A stretch of 64,000 nucleotides of DNA from an uncultured Desulfurococcaceae archaeon (GTDB lineage: Archaea; Thermoproteota; Thermoprotei_A; Sulfolobales; NBVN01). This document shows, piece after piece, positions 1 through 8,401 of the stretch (position 1 is its first letter; every line of letters starts with the position of its first letter). Below the pieces are notes generated by a model. That model ran no database searches, was not told where the DNA came from, and was given only the letters and a program-made list of their open reading frames with translations. The stretch is taken from contig CAYNPH010000034.1 in the NCBI GenBank assembly GCA_964399035.1, positions 3,725 to 67,724 of the forward strand, in the 5' to 3' direction. A program made the translations under genes and the position numbers.

Positions 1-1
1 C

Positions 2-232
2 GTCCTAGTACTCGACATCGACCAGGTAGAGGATAACTTCGGCGAAGCCGACATGCCGGTAGCGGCCGCACCCGCCCTAGGCGAGATAACGCTACTCCAG
101 CTGAACGGCGTCCTAACCAGGGAGGAGTTCGAGGAAGCCCTAGACCTAGCCCTCAAAGGCATAGAGCAGATCTACAAGATGCAGAAGGAGACCCTCAAGA
201 AAAAGTACTTAGAAGTGGAGGTGGAGGTGTAA
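2..232 (+). CDS. rrp41: Exosome complex exonuclease Rrp41 (RNase PH-like), C-terminal fragment; the 5' end lies outside the window
   Basis: Frame-2 ORF is open from the window edge to TAA 230-232. The translation ...[55 protein letters not shown]... resembles the Rrp41 C-terminus. It ends 4 nt before rrp42, as in the conserved exosome operon. Confidence 0.7.
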   Translation, partial: VLVLDIDQVEDNFGEADMPVAAAPALGEITLLQLNGVLTREEFEEALDLALKGIEQIYKMQKETLKKKYLEVEVEV

Positions 233-236
233 CGCA

Positions 237-1589
237 ATGTCCGTAACCCCATCATCACCGGACTACATAATCCCTAAGCTCAAGGCGGAAACGATAGCGT
301 CGCTGGTCAAGAGGGGAACCAGGCTAGACGGGCGCGGACTCCACGACATAAGGCAAGTGGAGATCATACCTAACTACCTGCCCAAAGCAGACGGCTCAGC
401 CCTAGTGAAGCTAGGGAACACGCAGGTACTAGTAGGGGTGAAGCTAGAGGTAGGGACACCATACCCTGACACCCCGGACCAGGGCGTGATAATAGTTTCC
501 GCGGAGTTCGTGCCCATGGCATCACCGGTATTCGAGCCAGGACCGCCCGACGAGAACGCAATCGAGCTAGCGAGGGTTATAGACAGGTCAATAAGGGAGT
601 TAGGCGCCATAGACCTAAGCAAGCTAGTCCTAATCCCAGGCAAGAAAGTGTGGGTGGTGTGGATAGATATCTACGTCCTGGACCACGACGGGAACTTAGT
701 GGACGCGTCATCAATAGCGACACTAGCCGCCCTACTAACGGCGAAGATACCTAAGGCAGTGATAAGCGAGGAAGACGAGCAAATAGTTGTCGACAAAACA
801 ACGCACGTAGCGCAGCTCCCACTACTAAGGAAGGTAGTCACGGTAACTGTAGGGAAGCTGGGAAAAGCACTCATTGTGGATCCAGACCTAGAAGAGGAGA
901 GCGTGCTAGACACGAAGATAATATTCGCGATATCGGAGGACGGGAGGATAGCGGGGATCCAGAAGAGCGGCCCCTCCTCAATAACTAAGGACGAGGTCAT
1001 GAGAGCCACGGACATAGCGATAAAGAAAGGGCAAGAACTAATCAAGATCATCGAGCAAGCAGTCGAGACCGCGGTAAAACAGGCTGAGACCAAGGAGGAA
1101 AGGAAGGAAGAGGAAGGGAAAGAAGAGAAGGAAGAAGCACCCGAAGCAAAGGAAAGCGTTGCAGAGGAAGTGACAGAGGGTACAAAGGAAGTAAAGGAGG
1201 CGTCCGAAACCACTGAAGCAGCCGAGGAAAGGGAGGAGAGTAAAGAAGAGGAAGTAATCGAGGAGAGGAAGGCTGAGGAACCAGTCAAGGAGCTGGAGGA
1301 GAAGGGAAGAGTGGAGGAAGAGACAGCAAAAAAAGAAGCGGCCCCGGCCGCTCAAGAAGAAAAGGAAGGACAACCAACAGAGGCAGAGCCAGAAGAAGGA
1401 AAAGAGGAAGCAGAAGCCAAGGAAGAGGAGGCAAAGGAAGCAGGAAAGGAGGAAGTAGAGGAGAAGCCGGAGGAGAAACAGGAGGAAGGAGCAAGAAAAG
1501 AGGCGGAAGCCAAGGGGGCGGCGGGCGAAGAGGAAAGCAGTAAGGAGAGGAAGGCCAGCGATGAGGAAAACTTAAATTCAACTCAATAA
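237..1589 (+). CDS. rrp42: Exosome complex component Rrp42 (RNase PH-like, non-catalytic subunit) with a ~170-aa C-terminal Glu/Lys-rich extension
   Basis: 450-aa ORF. Residues 1 to ~280 (RLDGRGLHDIRQVEI, GSALVKLGNTQVLVGV, VWVVWIDIYVLDHDGNLVDA) look like an RNase PH-fold Rrp42. It sits between rrp41 and rpl37ae. Confidence 0.85.
   Translation: MSVTPSSPDYIIPKLKAETIASLVKRGTRLDGRGLHDIRQVEIIPNYLPKADGSALVKLGNTQVLVGVKLEVGTPYPDTPDQGVIIVSAEFVPMASPVFEPGPPDENAIELARVIDRSIRELGAIDLSKLVLIPGKKVWVVWIDIYVLDHDGNLVDASSIATLAALLTAKIPKAVISEEDEQIVVDKTTHVAQLPLLRKVVTVTVGKLGKALIVDPDLEEESVLDTKIIFAISEDGRIAGIQKSGPSSITKDEVMRATDIAIKKGQELIKIIEQAVETAVKQAETKEERKEEEGKEEKEEAPEAKESVAEEVTEGTKEVKEASETTEAAEEREESKEEEVIEERKAEEPVKELEEKGRVEEETAKKEAAPAAQEEKEGQPTEAEPEEGKEEAEAKEEEAKEAGKEEVEEKPEEKQEEGARKEAEAKGAAGEEESSKERKASDEENLNSTQ
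1081..1586 (+). repeat. Purine-rich (GAA/GAG/AAG-dominated) low-complexity coding tract that encodes the Rrp42 E/K tail
   Basis: About 500 nt are almost free of pyrimidine runs on the + strand. The tract generates long spurious S/L/F-rich ORFs on the opposite strand. Confidence 0.8.
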
Positions 1590-1612
1590 ACGAATGAGGC
1601 AGGTGCGGCAGA

Positions 1613-1879
1613 ATGGGCAAGAGAACTAAGGTAGTAGGCATCGCGGGGCGGTTCGGGGCCAGGTACGGTTCAACACTAAGGAAGCGATGGAAGAGCGTCA
1701 TGGAACGCAGGTACGCCCCCTACGAATGCCCTCACTGCGGAACAAAGACCGTCATGAAGAGAATAGCTGTTGGCTTATGGAAGTGCCCCAAGTGCGGGAC
1801 GGTGTTTGCGGGAGGCGCGTACCAACCCACAACAGAGATCAGTAAGACCGTAATAGGGCGTCAAACAAGGCAGTGGTAG
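1613..1879 (+). CDS. rpl37ae: 50S ribosomal protein L37Ae (eL43), zinc-ribbon
   Basis: MGKRTKVVGIAGRFGARYGSTLRKR... plus CPHCG...CPKCG ribbon. An SD-like AGGTG lies 8 nt upstream. Confidence 0.95.
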   Translation: MGKRTKVVGIAGRFGARYGSTLRKRWKSVMERRYAPYECPHCGTKTVMKRIAVGLWKCPKCGTVFAGGAYQPTTEISKTVIGRQTRQW

Positions 1880-1893
1880 CGTGCTAACGGACG

Positions 1894-2469
1894 ATGAGCG
1901 CAGGAAGACACGAAAACAAATTACTAATAACAACATCCCGCGAACCTTCTAGAAGAACCCGGTCTTTTATCAAGGACTTAGTCGCCACGATACCCCACGC
2001 AATGAAGTTTAACCGGGGCAAGGCAACGCTACTAGACCTCTCCTCAATAGCCCGCAGGACAGGAGCGTACGGCGTACTGATAGTCCTCGAGAAGAAAGCG
2101 AACCCCTCAGCACTCACCTTCCACGTACCCGAACCAGACGGGCTCAAGAGGGTCTCGCTACTAAAGATAACGTCAGTCACGTTGATGAGGGAAATGCCGG
2201 ACTCGCAGAAACCCCTAGGAATAAACAAGATCACCATGAACCTCAAAGGAACCGAGAAGGACGAGCTACTCGCCGAGACGGCCGAGGAACTCATAAGAGC
2301 CTTACGGCCAGAAATAACCCAGCACGAGGCAGGAGCCGAGCCAGCCGTAGAGGTAATCCTCGGGAGAAGGGATGACGGCGTGGTAGTGAACTTCATATGC
2401 ACCACCACAGGCAGACCGTGCGGTCCTCGCTTCATAGTAACTAAGGTGATAAGGTATGACCAGCAGTGA
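1894..2469 (+). CDS. Brix-domain (Imp4-like) ribosome biogenesis protein
   Basis: N-terminal LLITTSREPSRRTRSFIKDL is typical of archaeal Brix proteins. It occupies the conserved slot after rpl37ae in the exosome superoperon. Confidence 0.8.
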   Translation: MSAGRHENKLLITTSREPSRRTRSFIKDLVATIPHAMKFNRGKATLLDLSSIARRTGAYGVLIVLEKKANPSALTFHVPEPDGLKRVSLLKITSVTLMREMPDSQKPLGINKITMNLKGTEKDELLAETAEELIRALRPEITQHEAGAEPAVEVILGRRDDGVVVNFICTTTGRPCGPRFIVTKVIRYDQQ

Positions 2470-2731
2470 AGCTAGGCACTTATCACTAAGCATACTACTA
2501 GATGACATCCCCGAAGACCTGAGGGAAACGCTGGTCAAGTCACTTAAGCCGGAAACAGAGAGTGAAATGCGTGGGGTAAGAGCTAACATAGGCTTAGTTG
2601 AGGAGGGCGTGAAGATCGAGATACACGCACCCAACCACTCAGCATTTAGGGCGGCCCTCAACAGCGTTCTACGCCTATCCAGCACCGTGCTGAACCTCAT
2701 AAACGAGCTAAGAAGGAGGAACCTAGCTTAA
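2456..2731 (+). CDS. pcc1: KEOPS complex subunit Pcc1-like
   Basis: 91 aa. The C-terminal AFRAALNSVLRLSSTVLNLINEL resembles the Pcc1 signature (xLRxxxNSxLRxx). It overlaps the Brix gene by 14 nt and has superoperon context. Confidence 0.6.
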   Translation: MTSSEARHLSLSILLDDIPEDLRETLVKSLKPETESEMRGVRANIGLVEEGVKIEIHAPNHSAFRAALNSVLRLSSTVLNLINELRRRNLA

Positions 2732-2740
2732 CCACCAGCA

Positions 2741-2750
2741 ATATTTAAAG
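2741..2750 (+). promoter_or_regulatory. TATA-box-like element (ATATTTAAAG) upstream of pfdB
   Basis: AT-rich box 35-44 nt upstream of GTG 2785. GGTGA (2773-2777) could serve as a short SD. Confidence 0.45.
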
Positions 2751-2784
2751 TCCTTCCCTCCTATGGTGAGAGGGTGAGGATTAA

Positions 2785-3156
2785 GTGGCTCAAAGAATAC
2801 CTCCCGAGCTAGAGCAGGCAGTGATAAAGTACCAGCAAGTGGAATCCCAACTCGCTTCAATAATCGCGCAGAAATCCGTTATAACCTCAGAAATTAATGA
2901 GATCGACAGGACCCTAAACATCCTGAAGTCCGTTAACGAAGACACCCCGGTATACAAGAACACGGGCTTCGTCCTAATCAAGGTCCCTAGGGACGAAGTG
3001 ATCAAGGAGCTAGAGGAGAGGAAGGAAGAGCTAGAAATAAGGCTTAACAGTTTCTCAAAAATGGAGGAGACCCTGAAAAAGCAGTTAGAGGAGCTAAAGA
3101 AGAAACTCGAGAAGTTCAGCATAGGCGGGGTCACGGGGGCTTCCAAAGCTGGTTAA
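2785..3156 (+). CDS. pfdB: Prefoldin beta subunit
   Basis: 123-aa coiled-coil protein (QQVESQLASI..., ...EELEIRLNSFSKMEETLKKQLEELKKKLE). GTG start. Superoperon position. Confidence 0.85.
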   Translation: MAQRIPPELEQAVIKYQQVESQLASIIAQKSVITSEINEIDRTLNILKSVNEDTPVYKNTGFVLIKVPRDEVIKELEERKEELEIRLNSFSKMEETLKKQLEELKKKLEKFSIGGVTGASKAG

Positions 3157-3487
3157 GCGTAAGGTCCCCATCGAGAAAATAGGTATAGATGCGAGCTCGC
3201 TAGGCACGGATGAGTTAGAGGAAATAGCGTTAAGGGCCTCAGAAGAACTTCTTTCAGCTCTGAAGCAACTCATCCCGAGACGCGATGATTACCTAGCCTA
3301 CGTATCAATCCAGCGTGAAGGGAAAGCCGTGAATGTACTAGTAAACGTGGAGGTAGAGGGGACAGCGCCACTGACCCCCCAACTAGAAGCGCTAATAGAT
3401 GAGGCCATGGACAAGGCACTCAAGGTGGTGAGGGATGAACTTAAGCGTAGAGCCAGCGGACGCGGAGAAACTGAGGAAATGGGTTGA
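3149..3487 (+). CDS. DUF3194-like small acidic protein; start codon unresolved
   Basis: Frame-2 ORF is open 3125-3487 and absent from the ORF track. Translation: ...KVPIEKIGIDASSLGTDELEEIALRASEELLSALKQLIPRRDDYLAYVSIQREGKAVNVLVNVEVEGTAPLTPQLEALIDEAMDKALKVVRDELKRR.... It looks like a real protein and resembles the DUF3194/MTH677-type family seen next to prefoldin beta. There is no in-frame ATG/GTG/TTG before GTG 3329, so the 5' coordinate (CTG 3149) is a guess. Confidence 0.4.
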   Translation: MVKRKVPIEKIGIDASSLGTDELEEIALRASEELLSALKQLIPRRDDYLAYVSIQREGKAVNVLVNVEVEGTAPLTPQLEALIDEAMDKALKVVRDELKRRASGRGETEEMG

Positions 3488-4493
3488 GGGTCTAAGCGAG
3501 GGTACCGTATGCGTAGCGATGCATAGGAACGCCGACCCAGACGCCTTGGCCTCAGCCTTAGGGATTAAGGAAATACTTCAGAGCCTATCATATGAGAAGA
3601 ACATACTTATACTAACATCCGAAGGCCTAGAGCAAGCGTCGAAGAAACTCCTAGAGACCCTGGCACCACAGGTCGAAGTAATCAATGATAACCCAAGCGA
3701 GTGCGGCGCAGCCGTAATCGTCGATACTTCAACACCCCAACAGCTGAATAAGTTATCCTCACTACTAAGCAAGCCCTACGTTGTGGTGGATCACCACGAG
3801 GTAAATGACCTAGTTAAGTGTGCGGACGTAAGCATTCACAGACCCTCAGCAGCATCAACCAGTGAGTTAGTAACCGAGTTAATGATGTACCTTAAGGTAA
3901 GACCTGATCCTAGGGTCCTCACGTTCCTCATAGCCGGCATACTCTATGACACCCGGATACTCAGGTTAGCCAACCCGGAAACCTTCGCCGTAATGGCTTG
4001 GCTAACCGAGAACGGAGGGGATTACAGAAGGGCTCTCAACACCCTCACGCTCCGGGAGGCAAGCCGCTCGGAAGTAATAGCCAGGTTGAAGGGCCTCTCA
4101 AGGACGGGACTATATAGGCTGAATAAGGAAGCAATACTTGCGGTGACGTGCATCGGCGCGCATGAATCAGCCGTGCTTAAAGTCCTCATCGACGCTGGTG
4201 CCGACGTAGCCGTCGCCGTAGCGAAAAGACCTAACGCAACACGGATAACTATCCGCGTATCTCAGTCATTCCTCAAGAAGTTCGGGGGCGAACCCATAGC
4301 CTCAAACCTAGCGTTGCATTTCTCAAAGGAACTCGGCGGCTCGGGCGGTGGGCACGCAGGAGCTGCTGGAGCACTAATAAACTCCAGCGTGAGCCCTAAG
4401 CAGATCATGAAAACAATAGCACGTTTCTTCGCAAGAAAAGGGTACAGCATAGGGATACTTGAGGAGGGTCGTTGGATGGAGGAGTGTGAGTAA
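3435..4493 (+). CDS. DHH/DHHA1-family phosphoesterase (NrnA/RecJ-like)
   Basis: Intact motifs HRNADPDALASAL, VVVDHHEV and GGGHAGAAGA. SD-like GGTGA just upstream of the ATG. Confidence 0.85.
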   Translation: MNLSVEPADAEKLRKWVEGLSEGTVCVAMHRNADPDALASALGIKEILQSLSYEKNILILTSEGLEQASKKLLETLAPQVEVINDNPSECGAAVIVDTSTPQQLNKLSSLLSKPYVVVDHHEVNDLVKCADVSIHRPSAASTSELVTELMMYLKVRPDPRVLTFLIAGILYDTRILRLANPETFAVMAWLTENGGDYRRALNTLTLREASRSEVIARLKGLSRTGLYRLNKEAILAVTCIGAHESAVLKVLIDAGADVAVAVAKRPNATRITIRVSQSFLKKFGGEPIASNLALHFSKELGGSGGGHAGAAGALINSSVSPKQIMKTIARFFARKGYSIGILEEGRWMEECE

Positions 4494-4495
4494 CG

Positions 4496-5233
4496 TTGGT
4501 GAAGGTTTACGTCGACCTCAGAGAGAAAGCCTCCCACGTACCGAAGTACCTCACCGAGATGGGCGTATCGGTTATCTACAAGCAATTAGAGGTAGGTGAC
4601 TACATGGTTACCGAGGACACGGTCATCGAGAGAAAAAGGGTTGATGACCTAGCTCACTCGGTTTTCGAGGGAAGGTTCTTCGATCAAGTACGCCGCCTAA
4701 AGGCGTCAGGCCTAAAGACGCTCATCCTAGTTGAAGGCGACCTAACATACCTACGCCGCATAACCAACAAATACAAAGCCGTTGAAGCTGCGCTGGTAAC
4801 GGCGGTAATATACAATAACATACCAGTAATCTACACTAGGAACGCGAAACACACGGCCGAAACCATAAAGCTAATCGCCGAGAAGCTCCAAACGGTCAGG
4901 AGAGCCTCCACAGCAACGCTTCTCCCAACATATAGGAAACAGCAGAAGCCTAAGGAGCGGGACCTAAGCGAATGGCAACTCTACGTCCTCGCATCCTTCC
5001 CAGGCATAGGGCCGACACTAGCTGACAGACTACTAAGGAAGTTCGGTAGCCTAAGGGCGGTACTCGAGGCCTCCCCCGTGGAACTCTCGCGCGTGGAAGG
5101 CGTTAGTGAGGAGAGGGCGCAGTTAATCAAGCGCATACTTAACCATCCATACAGCAAGAGGCATGAAGGGGTGGGCGGGGGACTAGAGCGCTTCTACGGA
5201 AAGGAAAGAGGGCACGTAAGGAAGCAGGAGTGA
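4496..5233 (+). CDS. xpf: Short crenarchaeal-type XPF/ERCC4 structure-specific endonuclease (nuclease domain + HhH2)
   Basis: VYVDLRE...VGDYMV...ERKRVDDL nuclease motifs, plus a C-terminal LASFPGIGPTLADRLLRKFGSLRAV helix-hairpin-helix. TTG start 3 nt after the DHH stop. Confidence 0.85.
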   Translation: MVKVYVDLREKASHVPKYLTEMGVSVIYKQLEVGDYMVTEDTVIERKRVDDLAHSVFEGRFFDQVRRLKASGLKTLILVEGDLTYLRRITNKYKAVEAALVTAVIYNNIPVIYTRNAKHTAETIKLIAEKLQTVRRASTATLLPTYRKQQKPKERDLSEWQLYVLASFPGIGPTLADRLLRKFGSLRAVLEASPVELSRVEGVSEERAQLIKRILNHPYSKRHEGVGGGLERFYGKERGHVRKQE

Positions 5234-5250
5234 GTGCCCTACTGCTAAGC

Positions 5251-5258
5251 TTTTAAAT
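5251..5258 (+). promoter_or_regulatory. TATA box (TTTTAAAT) of the EF-2 gene
   Basis: Lies 32-39 nt upstream of ATG 5290. It is only 5 nt upstream of the alternative ATG 5263, which argues for 5290 as the start. Confidence 0.5.
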
Positions 5259-5289
5259 TCCAATGCTTCTATCCCCTAGGTTAGGAATC

Positions 5290-7506
5290 ATGCCCAGATA
5301 CAAGACCGTGGAGCAGATACAGAAGCTAATGTCCAACCTAGAGCGCGTCAGGAATATAGGAATAATCGCGCACGTAGACCACGGCAAAACCACAACCTCA
5401 GACCTACTGCTAGCAGCGGCAGGAATAATTTCAGTCAAGGTTGCTGGCGAGGCACTAGCCCTGGACTACCTCGACGTCGAGCAGAAGAGAGGCGTCACCG
5501 TAAAGTCAGCTAACATCAGCCTCTACCACGAAATGGGCGGTAAGGGCTACGTAATTAACCTAATCGACACGCCCGGCCACGTGGACTTCTCAGGCAAGGT
5601 CACAAGGTCCCTAAGAGTACTTGACGGTGCCATAGTCGTAGTAGACGCTGTTGAGGGCGTGATGACGCAGACCGAGACAGTGCTAAGGCAAGCCCTCGAG
5701 GAAAGAGTAAGGCCACTCCTATACATCAATAAGGTCGACAGGCTCATAAAGGAGCTCAAGCTAACACCTCAGGAAATACAGAAGAGGTTCATAACGATAA
5801 TTAAGGAAGTAAACAGCCTCATTAAGGAATACGCCGAGCCCCAATTCAGGGATAAGTGGTTACTGGACCCTGCTAAGGGGCAGGTGGCGTTCGGTTCGGC
5901 GAGGGACAAGATAGGCCTGACGGTACCTTACGCCAAGAGGAAAGGAATAACGATCATGGACATGATGAACGCCTATGCTAAAGGAAAGCAGGCGGTAGAG
6001 GAGCTACAGAAGGTCATACCCCTTCACGAAGCCCTGCTGGAGATGGTCATTAAGCACGTACCTAACCCCAAGGAAGCTCAGAAGTACAGAATACCTAAGA
6101 TATGGAAGGGCGACATAAACTCCGAGTTAGGGCAGGCCATGATGAACGCCGACCCCAACGGACCGACGGTCTTCCTAGTGAGTGACATGAGGATAGACCC
6201 GCACGCAGGTATGGTGGCGACCGGCAGGGTATTCTCAGGAACACTAAGGCCCGGCCAGGAACTGTGGCTCGTCATGGCGAGAACGAAGCAGAGGGCGCTA
6301 CAAGTCAGCCTCTACATGGGCCCGATCAGGGAGCAGGTGAACGCAGTACTCGCCGGAAACATAGGTGCTGTACTGGGCCTAGACAAGGCAAGAGCGGGTG
6401 AAACAGCGGTCGATGTCGCCTTCAAGGATCAGGCGGCCCCGTTCGAGAAGCTACACTACGTGTCCGAACCCGTCGTGACGATGGCTATAGAGCCGAAGCG
6501 CATGCAGGACCTAACAAAGCTAATCGACGCTCTGAGGAAGATGTCGATCGAGGACCCGAACCTAGTAGTGAAGATAAATGAGGAGACGGGCGAGTACCTA
6601 ATATCCGGTATGGGTCCGCTTCACTTAGAAATCGTCCTAACGCTCCTCAAGGAGAACTACGGGCTTGAGGTAGAAACATCACCGCCCATAGTGGTCTACA
6701 GAGAAACCGTTAGGGCGGCGTCGAGGGTGCTCGAAGGCAAGTCCCCGAACAAGCATAACAAGCTCTACATAAGCGTCGAGCCACTGAATAACGAGACAAT
6801 CCAGCTAATACAGCAGGGTGTGATCTCAGAGGACATGGACGCTAGGGAGAGGGCCAAGATCCTCAGGGACAAGGCCGGGTGGGACTACGACGAGGCCCGC
6901 CGCATATGGGCAATCGACGAAAACTTCAACATATTCGTGGATAAAACCGTTGGTGTGCAGCACCTGAGGGAAGTCAAGGACACGATAATCCAGGGCTTCA
7001 GACTGGCAATGGCTGAGGGCCCGCTAGCCAAGGAACCGGTGAGGGGCGTTAAGGTAATACTGCACGACGCCGTAGTGCACGAGGACCCGGCACACAGAGG
7101 CCCGGCCCAGTTATTCCCAGCGGTAAGGAACCCAATATACGCTGGGATGCTCATGGCGCGCCCAACGCTCCTAGAGCCCATACAGAAGCTCGACATCAAG
7201 GCCCCGATGGAAACAATGAGTTCGGTCATCTCAGTCATAACGAGGAAGAGAGGCAAGGTACTGGACGTCATCCAGCTCAGCCCAACACAGGTAAGGATAA
7301 TAGCCGAGATACCTGTGGCGGAATCAATGAACCTAGCGAACGAGTTAAGATCAGCAACGGCGGGCAGGGCCTTCTGGGGCACTGAATTCAGCAGGTGGGC
7401 CCCAGTACCTGACTCGCTTCTAATGGACATCGTGAAGAAGATAAGGCAAAGGAAGGGACTAAAGCCAGAACCACCGAAGCCAGAGGACTTTATATCACCC
7501 TACTAA
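5290..7506 (+). CDS. fusA: Translation elongation factor 2 (aEF-2)
   Basis: [10 protein letters not shown]..., G-domain [17 protein letters not shown] and NKVDR, and a full-length EF-2 C-terminus. Confidence 0.97.
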   Translation: MPRYKTVEQIQKLMSNLERVRNIGIIAHVDHGKTTTSDLLLAAAGIISVKVAGEALALDYLDVEQKRGVTVKSANISLYHEMGGKGYVINLIDTPGHVDFSGKVTRSLRVLDGAIVVVDAVEGVMTQTETVLRQALEERVRPLLYINKVDRLIKELKLTPQEIQKRFITIIKEVNSLIKEYAEPQFRDKWLLDPAKGQVAFGSARDKIGLTVPYAKRKGITIMDMMNAYAKGKQAVEELQKVIPLHEALLEMVIKHVPNPKEAQKYRIPKIWKGDINSELGQAMMNADPNGPTVFLVSDMRIDPHAGMVATGRVFSGTLRPGQELWLVMARTKQRALQVSLYMGPIREQVNAVLAGNIGAVLGLDKARAGETAVDVAFKDQAAPFEKLHYVSEPVVTMAIEPKRMQDLTKLIDALRKMSIEDPNLVVKINEETGEYLISGMGPLHLEIVLTLLKENYGLEVETSPPIVVYRETVRAASRVLEGKSPNKHNKLYISVEPLNNETIQLIQQGVISEDMDARERAKILRDKAGWDYDEARRIWAIDENFNIFVDKTVGVQHLREVKDTIIQGFRLAMAEGPLAKEPVRGVKVILHDAVVHEDPAHRGPAQLFPAVRNPIYAGMLMARPTLLEPIQKLDIKAPMETMSSVISVITRKRGKVLDVIQLSPTQVRIIAEIPVAESMNLANELRSATAGRAFWGTEFSRWAPVPDSLLMDIVKKIRQRKGLKPEPPKPEDFISPY

Positions 7507-7527
7507 CCTAAGGCTTTTCAGCAAAAC

Positions 7528-8334
7528 TTACATAACCCTAGGAGTGAACGAAACCCAAACACGCCTACCGATTAACTCATAACCAACCCTTCTATACGCT
7601 CTTATCGCCGGGTAGTTATCCTCACGCACGTGAAGAAGTGCGTAGGCCCCCGAAAGAAGCGCCTCCCTAGTAACCGCCGCAGTGACAGCCTTAGCGAAGC
7701 CCCTCCCCCTAAAGTCAGGGTGTGTGAACACCCCGCCAACAACCCAAACACGAGGTGTCCTCACATAAGTCCTCGCAACCGACGCTAACCTACCGTCAAC
7801 GAACACACCGTAACACACGTGATCACTAAGCGCCTCAAGCAGAACCTCCCTAGGAACCCTCACACCCACGGAAACCCAGAACTCCTGCAATGCACCCACA
7901 TCGCCCGGCCCTAGCCTAACACACTTAACATGATAGTCAGCGTCCCAAGGAAAGGTATCTGGCGTCGCAATCATGTCGAGCATTACGTGCTCATCCATCA
8001 GGTCACCGTACCTCAGCAACTCACGCTTAATGCTGGGGTACTCATGGAACGGCACCCAAATAAGGGACTTAAGCCTCAACACTTCATGCAGGGGTACCCC
8101 ACTCAACTCCCCGTGAAGGATGACGGTCTGAGGCTCGAACCTAAACCAAGCAAGGACGTACCCAACAATGACGCTGTCCTCAACTCTAATCAGGGCTTTA
8201 GACACGTCAGGATAAACTGTGAGGTCGTAAAGCAGGTAAGCGTAGTTCAAGGGGTCATCAAGATAATTACTCCCAATTAATTCTATGAACTCCAAGCTAC
8301 TTCCCTGCACCCTAAGCACCTTCCCAGCAAGCAC
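7528..8334 (-). CDS. GNAT-family N-acetyltransferase
   Basis: C-terminal acetyl-CoA binding motif VFTHPDFRGRGFAKAVTAAV. GTG start. Confidence 0.7.
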   Translation of the reverse strand: MLAGKVLRVQGSSLEFIELIGSNYLDDPLNYAYLLYDLTVYPDVSKALIRVEDSVIVGYVLAWFRFEPQTVILHGELSGVPLHEVLRLKSLIWVPFHEYPSIKRELLRYGDLMDEHVMLDMIATPDTFPWDADYHVKCVRLGPGDVGALQEFWVSVGVRVPREVLLEALSDHVCYGVFVDGRLASVARTYVRTPRVWVVGGVFTHPDFRGRGFAKAVTAAVTREALLSGAYALLHVREDNYPAIRAYRRVGYELIGRRVWVSFTPRVM

Positions 8335-8401
8335 GGGGTGCGATCACCACGTAAAACGTAGGTTACCAAGTTATTAGCAACTTTACTTAGATTCAAGCAA
8401 G

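Noticed and set aside
671-1701. Three long antisense ORFs (671-1288, 1038-1373, 1285-1701; 111-205 aa) opposite the rrp42 gene and its tail
   Set aside because: Their S/L/F/P-rich low-complexity translations are the mirror image of the purine-rich E/K coding tract. The + strand ORF has a recognisable RNase PH-like domain and operon context.
5263-5289. Upstream ATG 5263 as the EF-2 start (MLLSPRLGI extension)
   Set aside because: The TATA box TTTTAAAT (5251-5258) lies only 5 nt upstream of it, so it is probably not transcribed. MPRYKT... from ATG 5290 matches the usual aEF-2 N-terminus.
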